DNA of 63,182 nucleotides, counting the filler, from Kipferlia bialata (lineage: Eukaryota), in the NCBI GenBank assembly GCA_003568945.1. It is 6 parts of 6 records of this genome, joined end to end, with 100 filler letters (N's around TTAATTAATTAA, not from the genome) between each part and the next. Parts side by side here need not be neighbours in the genome. Positions count along the whole stretch, not along the records: positions 21,106 to 31,555 come from BDIP01001422.1; positions 31,656 to 42,099 come from BDIP01001423.1; 4 more parts are not named here. The stretch is one strand, 5' to 3'. A program made the translations under genes and the position numbers. Positions 24,394 to 36,000 of the stretch are shown here, piece after piece. The notes beneath the pieces were generated by a model. That model did no database searches. It had not been told where the DNA came from and saw only the letters and a list, made by a program, of their open reading frames with translations. The first letter of the stretch is position 1. Every line of letters starts with the position of its first letter.

Positions 24394-24700
24394 GAGATGT
24401 ACCCGAGGAAGAAGAGGGGCTAGGGTAAGTTACATATTAATAATTTAGAAAATGACAGATATAGAGAGAGAGAAGGAAGAAGTGGGGGTTCAGACGGGAC
24501 TGGGGTAGGAAATATTGAAGCTCAAACATTGACAACACAGAAATATCAATACGCTATACAGTAGAACCCTACCTCCCCAGCCGTTGGGAGTACGTTGTCC
24601 AGATAGCTGCCTATCAGTCCATAGACCAGACCCTCAAGCACAAGCATAGCACAACCGAAGAGGAATTGTCTACCTCTGGGGGTAAGTATCGGGTATGGAC

Positions 24701-24731
<31 letters not shown>

Positions 24732-26344
24732 ACACTCCCCAAGCACGCATGCATGAAACAGTAGAAGAGAGAGTACTCTATATACATACATCAGTGTGAG
24801 TCCAGTCATATCGACAATGATGAGGGAATATAGAGCAGTCGCAGAAACTATACCATATATCACATACCTCAGTGTAAGTCCAGTCATATCGTCCATGGTG
24901 ATCCTCTCTCTCCCCCTCTCTCTCTCTCTCTCTCTCTAATACTACTTATATATATACCTCAGTGTCAACCCAGTCATATCGTCCATGGTGATCCTGGAAT
25001 CCAGAGGGCCAACGGGGGTGAGGTAGGCTAAGAGTAAGGAGAGAGAGAGAGAGAGACAGAGTTACACAAGATGTTGAAGAGCAGGAAGAACGCTATATAT
25101 ATATGAACAGGTAAGGAGAGAGAGAGAGAGAGAGAGAGTAGCCAGAGGGCCAATTGGCGTGAGGTAGGTGTTAGATTGGAGTGAGAAACCAACAGAGCAG
25201 AAAGACATAGTACACGTTGAGCGGGAGGAAGACACACACGCACATGTATACTGAACTAAAACATGAATGGAACACATGTAGTTGAATAACGGTTCTAGTA
25301 CTCTACGTACGTACACAGAACGCTACATATACATGAACAGAGACAGAGAGACTACATACACAGCATGTTGAAGAGCAGGAAGAAGGGCCAGACGTATATG
25401 CAGTCAGGGACACCGAGGAGCAGGAACACATTCTGGTAGATGGGGGCCTAAGGGTTAGATATATATATATATACATAGAGAGAGAGAGAGAGAGTCTGGG
25501 ACGCCGAGTAGGAGGAACACATTCTGATAAATAGGGGCCTGGCAATAAGGGGGTAGAGGGGGGGGGGGAGAGAGAGAGAGAGAGATTATGTGACACGCAG
25601 CAGCAGTAACTCTCTGCACGTGTATGGAAATGGATGAACTATACCTGGAACAGTAGGATGATGACTGAAGATATCTGTAATAGAGACTGCCAAGAAGATT
25701 GCTGTCTTTGTCTTTTTGATAATACATATAACATCAATAATGGCCAGTAATCAATAACATCAATTCCCTAACTACACACCTGGAACAGTAGGATGATCAC
25801 TGCCAGGAAGATGGCCGTCTTAGTCTTTGTGAAGAATATACCAGCACACAATAATAGTAATCAATTCTCTCAGTGTGTACCTGAAATAGCAGGATAATCA
25901 CGGCCAGGAATATAGCCGTCTTTGTACCTCTAAATACTAGTCTCTAAAAGGATAAAATACCTGGAATAGCAGGATAATGACTGCCAGGAATATAGCTGTC
26001 TTTGTCTTTGTGAAGAATGCGGCATAGCACAGAGAGACACCGGCACAGGCTATACCCCAGGAGACACCTGGTGGTTAAAGGGTGTAGAGAGAGAGAGAGA
26101 GGGAGAGAGACACCGGCACAGGCAATGCCCCACGAGATACCTAAGGGTTAAAGGGTGTATAGGGGGAGAGAGAGAGAGAGAGAGAGAGAATGCCGCATAG
26201 CACAGGGAGACACGGCACAGGCAATGCCCCACGATACACCTATAGTCAGAAAAAGGGTGTAGAGAGAGAGAGAGAGAATGCCGCATAGCACAGAGAGACA
26301 CCGGCACAGGCAATGCCCCAAGATACACCTAGGGATTAAAGGGT

Positions 26345-26396
<52 letters not shown>

Positions 26397-28790
26397 TACA
26401 CACCCACAAAAGCAAAGTCACCCATATACTCATAGTATATAGGTCTAAGTACTGAGAGAGTGTCGGTATCCAACTGTGCACTCATGATGACCCAGGCCGG
26501 CATAGTATACACACATATACTTACATACGTATAGAAAATGAATATTGGCACTACTATAGTATACTATAGTATACAAGTAGATATATATATATATATATAC
26601 TCACTCAGAATGCCTATAAGTATATATATATATATGTCTTCACTCACTCATGATGACCCAGGCCAGGCCAGCATTGTCTGTGTACTCGGGCTGGGGTTAT
26701 GAGAGACAGAGAGAGAGAGAGAAAAGATACAAACTTATACCGGCATTGTCAGTGTACTCGGGCTGGTGAGTCAGACATAATGAGAGAGAAAGGTATAGAG
26801 AGAGACTTATATATAATAGAAATAGAAGAAAATATTTCATGTATACATTGAAAATTGTATACCCACCTGATTTGTGAATAGTCCGTAGAAGTACACAAAG
26901 GCATAGACCAGGACAGAAGTCTTGCATTCATATACAAATACATATACATATAGTACATGAGTATAAGTATAATAGTATGTGGAATACCCACCTGATTTGT
27001 GAACAGCCCGTAGAAGTACACAAAGGCATAGACCAGGACACTGATGGCAAAGCAGGAGATCATCCAGGAGATGTAGTAGGCCTTGAACCTGCGAGATAAG
27101 CATTTCATATTCATATTACGCGAGATATGCATAGACCAGTACACTGATGGCAAAGCAGGAGATCATCCAGGAGATGTAGTAGGCCTTAAACCTGCGAGTT
27201 AAGCTATTACTATATCGCGAAATAGGCACTGAGGCATATACGCGAAACAAGCTCTGTCAAAATGGTTCACAATGAGAGAGAGAGAGAGAGAGAGACTTAC
27301 CTCATTCCAGCCAGGAGCATGTTCTCCTTGAGCTTGTTCTCCTTCTCCTGGGGTGAAGAAGATATATATACGTATATATATATACATATAAAAATGAACA
27401 AGCGCAATAATGATGAATGAGTGTCAAAAGAATGCTCTCCTTGAGCTTGTTCTCCTTCTCCTAGGATGCAGATATGATGATACAATGTATATATATATAT
27501 ATCTATTTATTTATATATATGTATATATATATATGAAGTAATACAATAGCTTCTCCTAGGATGTTAATATGATGATAATACAATGTAAACACACAAATAT
27601 ATATATACACACACACATATATAAATATATATATAATAGTAATAGAATGGCGCACAATGATGACGAATGGATGTCAAGATGATGTTCTTCTTCCTCCTGG
27701 GGTGAATGACAGACCCCTACACACAGTGTTGAATTGATACAATAATGGTGAACATTTGGGTTGTGAACAGATATGAGTCCATGCAAATAGAACACACACC
27801 TGGATGATGCTCATCACAAACACGAACGTCATTATAAGAAATACAATACACTACAAACAGTATATATATAGTGTAATCTTTCCTTACTATGTCTAGCTAA
27901 TATCCACGAGATATATATATTAGATATATATATATATATTATGCATGTCCATGTACCTGGATGATGCTTGTGATGTGTATCACAAACACAAAGGTCAGCA
28001 CGAAGCAGAGCAGGGGGAAGGTGAGGGAGGAGATCTGGAAATGAGGGTGTTGGGAGAGAGACAAAGTGTATGTAGATTCACACTGTGAAGACATAAGCCA
28101 GTATACTGATATTACTAAATATTTTGGTACATATTGATTGTAATGAAAGAGCACAAATACTGTCCCTCTGTATCAACATGCACTCACCACTGTGTTGGTG
28201 CCCATTGGGATGGGGTAGGTCAGGATGCTGAGTATATCAATGTATATTTATATGTATATATACTAATACACATATATACTAACAATATGGATGCACTCAC
28301 CACTGTGTTGGTGCCCATGGGTATGGGGTAGGTCAGGATGCTGGGGGTGAGAGGGTGAGTGCGACAAGTATACATCTATATTCATATACACGTACTTAAT
28401 TTCTTGTGACCGTTTGACCTGCCCTTGTCCAAAAGAACCCCAAGTGTAAACAAAGAGAGAGTATATGTAAAATATATAGTATGTAGAAGTGTGTTCAATA
28501 AGTATAAATGTACTGATATATCATACGCAGTACGTACTGTATCTCCTGGGAGGGATATGCCTTAGATCTCCCCCCCTTCTCGGCCCATGCCTCTAGGGCC
28601 AAACAAATGAGGGTGTAGACTATATTACATATATATACACATATGTATACACATATACGTACTGTATTTCCTGTGAGGGATAGGCTTTGGATCTGCCCCC
28701 CTTCTCGGCCCATGCCTCTGGGTCACCAGATACAATGAGGTCAGAGACAATGCCCTCGAAGATAAGGAGCATCTGGGTGCCCTTGAGTTA

Positions 28791-28822
<32 letters not shown>

Positions 28823-29303
28823 CAATGAGGTCAGAGACAATGCCCTCAAAGATGAGGAGCATTTGTGTACCCTAATGTAAGAGAGAGAGAGACAATGAGG
28901 TCAGGCACAATGCCCTCGAAGATGAGGAGCAACTGAGTGCCCTATGGTGAGTGCTATACAGTATCTATAGTATATATAGAGAGTATATGTGTATACATGT
29001 ATATATATACTGGACAATGAGGCCAGAGACCATCCCCTGGGGTTAGAAAGAGAGAGAGCATATAGATATACATTCACTTACCACAGAGTACATACATCAA
29101 TATATAGGCATCATATATATCTATATATACATATACTCATTATTGTTGCTGTTCCCATTGTTACATCTATACATATACATATATACTCTGTGTATTATAT
29201 ATATATACATATTATACCTGTATCATGATGTTGGTCTGCATGCAGTTGATGTAGCCAATGAGGTCACTCTATACAATAGTACTATCCACAGAGTACTATA
29301 TCA

Positions 29304-29341
<38 letters not shown>

Positions 29342-31555
29342 TACCTGTATCATGATGTTGGTCTGCATGCAGTTGATGTAGCCAATGAGGTCGGCCATCT
29401 GGATGGTGTAGTCTGCAACAATAGTCTGAGATAAGGGTGTAGAGGGGGAGAGTGTGTGTATAGACATACGCCACAGTGTAGACCTATACTTATCCAGTAC
29501 CTCTGGCTTATGTGGGTATGATGCTGTCTCTGCATCATAGAGGAACATGTCTGTGCCCTCCCTCACAGTATATATACATACAAATCAATATATACATATC
29601 CAATACTATACAATATAGACAGATTAGACAAAGGCATATCTAATACCTCTGGCTTGTGTGGATAGCTAGCTGTCTCGGCATCATAGAGGAACATGTCTGT
29701 GCCCTCACATATATGTATGATACACTGTATACTACTGTAATATCATAGCAGATATTGTACCTCAGGCTTATGTGGGTATGATGCAGTCTCTGCATCATAG
29801 AGGAACATGTCTTTGCCCTCACAAAGTATATACATACATATCTATATATACATATCCAATACTATACAATATAGACAGTATATACAAAGGCATATCTAAT
29901 ACCTCTGGCTTATGTGGGTATGATGCAGTCTCTGCATCATAGAGGAACATGTCTGTGCCCTCCCTCACAATGTAGGCAGCATTGGGCATGATGTTGACAT
30001 AGGCCTATAGTTAGGGGTGTAGAGGGAGAGAGCGAGAGAGAGAGAAGGTGTGCAGCATGATGTGGCTTCTGTACTACTGTACTGTTACTATACATACCTT
30101 AGTATCCATCATGTCCTGCATCCACAGGTTGTAGTTAACATATATAGTCTCTACTTCTATATTATTGTCACACTATGTCTTACTACATTTATACCATAGT
30201 AGTGAACATATGTATAGATACACTATACCTTAGCATCCATCATGTCCTGCATCGACAGGCTGTAGTATACACACACATACTAGTACGAACATATATGATA
30301 AATATACCCATCGTACAGTCTACTACATAGTATAATATAGATATACCTTACTGTCTACCATGTCCTGCATTGATAGGTTGTTGTTGCACCACTCCATCGT
30401 GTCATAGAGATACCAGTATTCTATACATATATACATGCCTTACTATCATATATATACACTAGTATACTATATACATATATATATGTGTGTGTCTGTACCT
30501 TACTGTCCACCATATCCTGCATTGATAGGTTGTTGTTGCACCACTCCATGGTGTCATAGAGATACTGGTCCATCTCATACTCAGAGTCAAAAGGCTCCTA
30601 GTCATTAGAATAAGGGGAGTTTCATTAGATTAGGCTATTGCATATATATATATATGTTAGATCTACAAACAGGGAGAGAGGGGGAGTTAGATCACGGTCC
30701 ATTCCTATTCCTTCTTGGAAGAAGAGTGACTGTGGTAATAACTGTGGATTCTCTTCTAATCTCTCGATACATAGCTCCATACATGCTTTACATTTCCAAT
30801 ACAAATAAAAAATTTGCATACCTCTACTACGTTAGGGAACCTCTCACAGTAGTACACTGGGTATGGCTGGTCCTCGTCCCAGTAGTTAGGGACGCAGTAC
30901 TCAGACAGAGTATCTATCTGACAATAAGGGTGTAGAGAGAGAGAGAGAGAGAGAGAGATAGGGAACTAGAATGATACTAGTATGGACTACACACAAGGTA
31001 TCCATCAAGTAGTGACTGCAGTATTCGCTATACTCCAGATTAGAAGAGACCATTGAGTGGTTCCACGTGCCGTGTAACCAAGCATAAATTGACCATGTAC
31101 ATATGTAAATGTATACATATGTATGCTAAAAATTCACGTACCGTGTAACAAAGCAAATTCCTCCACATCCCACTGTATGTAGTGTCGTCTCCCTATAGAG
31201 AGCACATACTATGCGTATACTACATGCTATGAATACTATACGTACCGTGTATCCTAAGACGTTCCTCCACATGCCACTGTATGTGGTACCGTCTCCATAG
31301 AAGTGGTTGGTCTCATTCATGTGGATGTAGCCCCACTGCGCAGCGTCTAGGAGTTAGTGAAGAGTATACACTCCTATTTACACAACCACACACACCTACA
31401 CCGTTACACTATAGTGTCAAAACGATATATCGCGTAATGACTCACTTGCTGGGTCCTCGAATGTCTGCACAATGGCACTGATGAAGCCATTCCTGACATG
31501 AGGGTGTAGAGAGAGAGAGAATACAAAATGGCACTGATGAAGCCATTCCTGATAT
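21155..31555 (-). CDS. ABC transporter subfamily A, internal fragment spanning the whole scaffold, about 30 tiny exons
   Basis: EKENKLKENMLLAGMR..FKAYYISW (ABCA hallmark), TM exons, Walker A GENGAGKSTT, GVCPQHD, LTVHE, signature LSGGMQRR, Walker B ILLLD|EPTSGL. Confidence 0.92.
22003..22951 (-). repeat. Intronic half-exon echo arrays (6 donor-side and 3 acceptor-side copies)
   Basis: Copies of ACCATCAACCTSATATGCGGCACACTSAGRCCNACNAG|GT at about 22361, 22471, 22572, 22671, 22800 and 22910. Copies of AG|YGGCACTGTCTACATAGCT.. at about 22003-22054, 22110-22158 and 22192-22212. Confidence 0.95.
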
Positions 31556-31655
31556 NNNNNNNNNNNNNNNNNNNNNNNNNNNNNNNNNNNNNNNNNNNNT
31601 TAATTAATTAANNNNNNNNNNNNNNNNNNNNNNNNNNNNNNNNNNNNNNNNNNNN
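31556..31655. other. Artificial scaffold linker
   Basis: TTAATTAATTAA at 31600-31611. Confidence 0.97.
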
Positions 31656-31825
31656 CTATACCCTCAATACAGAGTCCGTATATTATAGGACAACAGATAG
31701 ATGCCAATGAGTGATTGAGTTATACTTGTCAGATATGATCTATCCCCTCTCTCCCTCACTCTATGTGTTCCTTATGTCCCATGTTCTATATATCATGGCA
31801 TATATGACTCTCTATCCCTCTCTAT

Positions 31826-31894
31826 GAGTGGTTAAGGCGATAGCCTAGAAAGCTATTACTTTCTGAATGCGTGGGTTAAATCCCACTTCTGTCG
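31826..31894 (+). pseudogene. tRNA-Ser(AGA) pseudogene, 5'-truncated
   Basis: GAGTGGTTAAGGCG D-arm; ATAGC-CT-AGA-AA-GCTAT perfect anticodon arm; long variable region; GTGGG-TTAAAT-CCCAC T-arm with a defective loop. The 3' acceptor strand TTCTGTCG has no 5' partner. Confidence 0.75.
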
Positions 31895-31977
31895 ATTCTT
31901 CTGTGTTCAAGCCGTCAAGAGAACGGAGATCATTGACACCATATCTCTCCTTCTTTCAGTCCACCATCGCTTTGGAC

Positions 31978-32860
31978 CTACCTTCCCCATCCATTACTGA
32001 CATAGCCACACAGTGAGAGAGAGAGTACAGTGCGGCTGGATGGCTGAGGAGGCTGGTCTGGTTGATGACGGTCAGATACCCGGTGTGCAGACTGAGAGGG
32101 GTGTGGGTAAGACCCCTGCAGGTGGAGAGGTAGCGTCATTAACCAGGACAGGAGATGGAGAGAGAGAGGGAGAGCAGGGACACCATGGTGAGCAGGGTAC
32201 CCCTGAAGTGAAGGGGGATCAGTCACCGTGTATGGAGGACTATAACGCATCAGCCCCTGGGGTGTTTGGGTTCCTAGGCGCCGAGGTGTGTGGTGTTGAT
32301 ATGCATGCCTCTCTATCCACGTCTATAACAATTCCATACATTTGAGTCTATTATTCAGGTCCTGAATTTCAGGAACCCGAATTTCGGGTGAGTGCGTGAT
32401 ATGTGGTATGGAACGAATAGTCGAGGCGTCAACAGCAATGACCAAGTTGTCTCTCCCCCTCCTCACTTCCCAATGGTGTTACGCCACACCTCCTGGAAGT
32501 ACCTGTTCAGTGGGATGCACTGCAGGGTGTCACCTGGGGTTAGTGCACTAAGTCACATATTGACCAACTATGCAAGGATCTCCAATACTCAGATTCTCAG
32601 TCTGTCTGATACCCCCACCCCTCTCCCGATCTCTGCCTGTGCCACCTTGTCGACATACTCTCTCTCTGTATACATGTATGTAGCATATATGATAATAGAT
32701 GTACCTCTCTCTCTCATCTGTGTCTGCGTCTCCTGTGTCACCTTGTCGACATACCCTCTCTCTCTCTATGTATATAGAATAGATAATACACTTACTATAT
32801 ATCCCTCTGATCTCTGTCTGTGTCCCCTCAGAACGGCAAGCCGCCAAAGACATATTACTT
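31978..32860 (-). CDS. Possible small multi-exon hypothetical gene
   Basis: Exon-like blocks with splice sites (EYVDK|GDTLQCIPLNRYFQEVWRNTIGK) and one echo duplicate (32641/32740). I could not complete a model. Confidence 0.3.
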
Positions 32861-33033
32861 CAGCACGGCGCACTCAGTCTCTCCCAACTCTTCTGGTTTC
32901 TTCACCAGTACCACTTCAATACACTATTAACGTCTAATCTTAGTATCTATTGGTAGTTGGGAGAGGAGCAGCGTTTCTCCACATTGACTGCTGGAATATT
33001 GTGATATATCTGTCATCCATATGCGAGAGTGGA

Positions 33034-36000
33034 TCACACGAAGCCCAGGTCTACGAGCAGGTTGACCACTCCTGGGGTTAGAGTATCACATATACACAAT
33101 CGATGAAATACATATATGCAAATATACTGGTGCATTGTTACATTCGGAATACCCACCTGGCAGTATCTCTATGGACCCCAGGCAGAGTGATAGGAATGTC
33201 TGGACCAGTATCTTGATGGGGTCATTGACCACAGCGTCCTGGGCTTAGGGGTGTACTATCGAATAGGGGAATACACTGTTATGTATAGCAACATAGTAAT
33301 GCCACTATTTGCTACCTGCACCACCCCGAGTAGATTGGCCACCATCCATGCTCTGCCCACCGTCTTTGCAAACTTCATGCTGTAGAGGAGCATCAGGAAC
33401 CCAACGCCCAGTAGGTACAGGAAGGAGAGGCTGTACCACAGGTATGCGTAACCGTAGGGGAGGTCGACCAGGGAGAGAGAGAGGATGGCACGTGAGAGCC
33501 AGTTCCTCTCCCTCGGTGGGAACCTCTTCCGCAGTGCACTATCCTTATGCTGGCCTATGGGTCTAGTGTGGGAGAATGCATACCTGAGCAGCATTGATGG
33601 AGGCAGGGCTATGATGGTGGTGCCACACGCTATCAGGAATGTTTGTGTGTATGTGTAGGGGACACACACGACGTCTGTGACAAGTAGGCCCTCCTCCCCT
33701 GGTCTGGCCACCCCTTCCTCACAGTCTGCTCTGAAGAACATGGCCGAGGTCAGGAATATGCCAAAGACAAAGACAAAGATGTTGGTCACTCTCCTAAGAG
33801 TGAGTGTAACGATAGGAACAATACAACCGTTCTGAGCAGTGTTCTTTGAATTGAAGAATCTACTAGCGAGTACCTCGGTCCTGTCATGTTATCGTCCTTG
33901 GCTGCCTTGTTGAACACCAGGGCACTCCACTCGTGGCCGGTGTAGATGTTAACCTTTAGCTTGCGCTTGAAGGTTGTCCAGAAGTTGACCTTCTCTCCAT
34001 CCTGGATGTGCTGCACCTTGGCCTGTGTAAGTAGATATATATATATATACACATATATACTGTATATACAAAGTAGATGGATATACATGATACTGTGATA
34101 ACACTTGCCTTGATGAAGCGCTCTGTACGCAGCTCCTGCAGGTCTGGCTGTGGTATGCGGAATGTGGTAGTCTTCCTCATGTTTGTTGTTGCACTATCTG
34201 GTGGAGTGTGGCAGGCGCGAGATAGTACAGTGGTATCAGCCCAGTTGAGTTCAGGAACACCCTTGGGTCTCTCCATATCACTAGAAGAGCCTCCACCGCC
34301 ACCAAGACCAGGATCGTAACTATCACTCAATTCCTCTGGGTTAACGTCCTTGACGGATAGAGTACCAGGACTAGGCGGAACGTCAAACGGTGTGAACACC
34401 ACGCTGTGCATTGACACACAAGACAGTTCATTACCAGTAGAGTCAGTCGCATTGGTGGCTCTAGCTGTCATGAACTCCCACTCATTATCACCGTCTCTGA
34501 CAGCCTCATCTGGCAGTGACGCGTCATTCGATGATGCATACATAGGGTTGACATTCCTTGCAGCCTTTGGCTTGAAGACCTGGGCTCTAAGGAAGGTGGC
34601 CATGCCGTTCTGCAGATTGTCAAAACTCAACACGATCATCAAACCCGCGTAGACAGAGAAGCACACACCCAACAGGTAGAGACCAAGTGGGTTATCTTCG
34701 ACTGATGAGAGTAGGTCAGGTATCTCCTCTGGGTCGATAGTGTTGACGTCAATGCCGTACTGGTGGAAGAATGCGACGAAGGATGTGAAGTGGTCTGTAT
34801 CGGCTAGGATATACCCAAGGTCAGGGTCGTAAGGGAGTGTGGTGATACCCGACTCACTCCATGCAGTGCCGTCCCAGGCCTTCACTAGGAGTGTGGCATT
34901 GAGAGACATACACTCATCAGGGTCGGGGAAGGAGGAGAGGGGGAGCTTGATACGGACAGGACTGCTTAGACCAGTGACCGACTGTTCCATACCATTCAGT
35001 GTATCAACTACCACAATAGATGTCATGGGCGAGTAGAATGATGTTGAGTTGTCTCCCATGTAGGGCTGGGCAACCGAGACCATTGCTAGAGCCAGGTCAC
35101 TGGTTGATCCAACCTCACTGCCGAATGTGGGAGGTATAGTAAATGAGGCATCTGATCCTGGTACTGATACCTCCTGCTCTACAGACTGAGTCGTCACTGC
35201 CTGAGCACTGAACTGAACATGCTGTGTCTCAACCTCCACAGGGGTCTGACCATCAACGAGACCACTTGCAATCTCTGCAGCCATAGTACTAACAGCACTG
35301 AATGCAAGCTCTGCAGTAATGCTACTGGTATCCGTCTCATCTTCACTCCAGATATTGTATTGCACACCGGCGTATATCCTCTCAGTCACACTCACAACGT
35401 CTCGCACTACTCTTGCGTCTACATTCCCACTCTCTGCCAGTGTGCCAACAATAACAGCCAGGGACTCAAGAGGTGCGGACTCCATATGAGAGAGGAGACC
35501 TAAGATGCGTGTAGCTAGCTGTTGGGCACCAGGTAGGGATATGATGTCATCCAGGGCTGACTCCACAGTAGCCGTCAGAAGTGCCACCACATCAGCCGAG
35601 AGAGTGTGATCATTGTCTGAAACAGTCTTTGTCAGAGCATCCAGAATGTTAAGTGCACTCGGTACATTGGCAGCCACAATAGCAGACTCCAATAGCTCAG
35701 CCATTCTCAAGGAGTATGAAGCCAAGTCAGTGCCATCCTCAAGAGTGACAGAGACTGTAGCAGTGTCAGTGTACGTCACACTAGCGCCACTGTCGTCTGT
35801 GACTATGACCCCCAGGTTATAGTCACCAATGGGTAGATACAACTCAGTTGAACTCCAGTACTCACTGGAGGCCATCTGTTTAGGTTGGGTCTCTGAACTG
35901 TCAACCGCTTGATAGGTGAATGTGTACTTCAGTGGACCAAGACCTAGGGGTGCTACCCATCCTTCAGCAGTGACAGACAGAGTCTCTGTTGCAGTCAACT

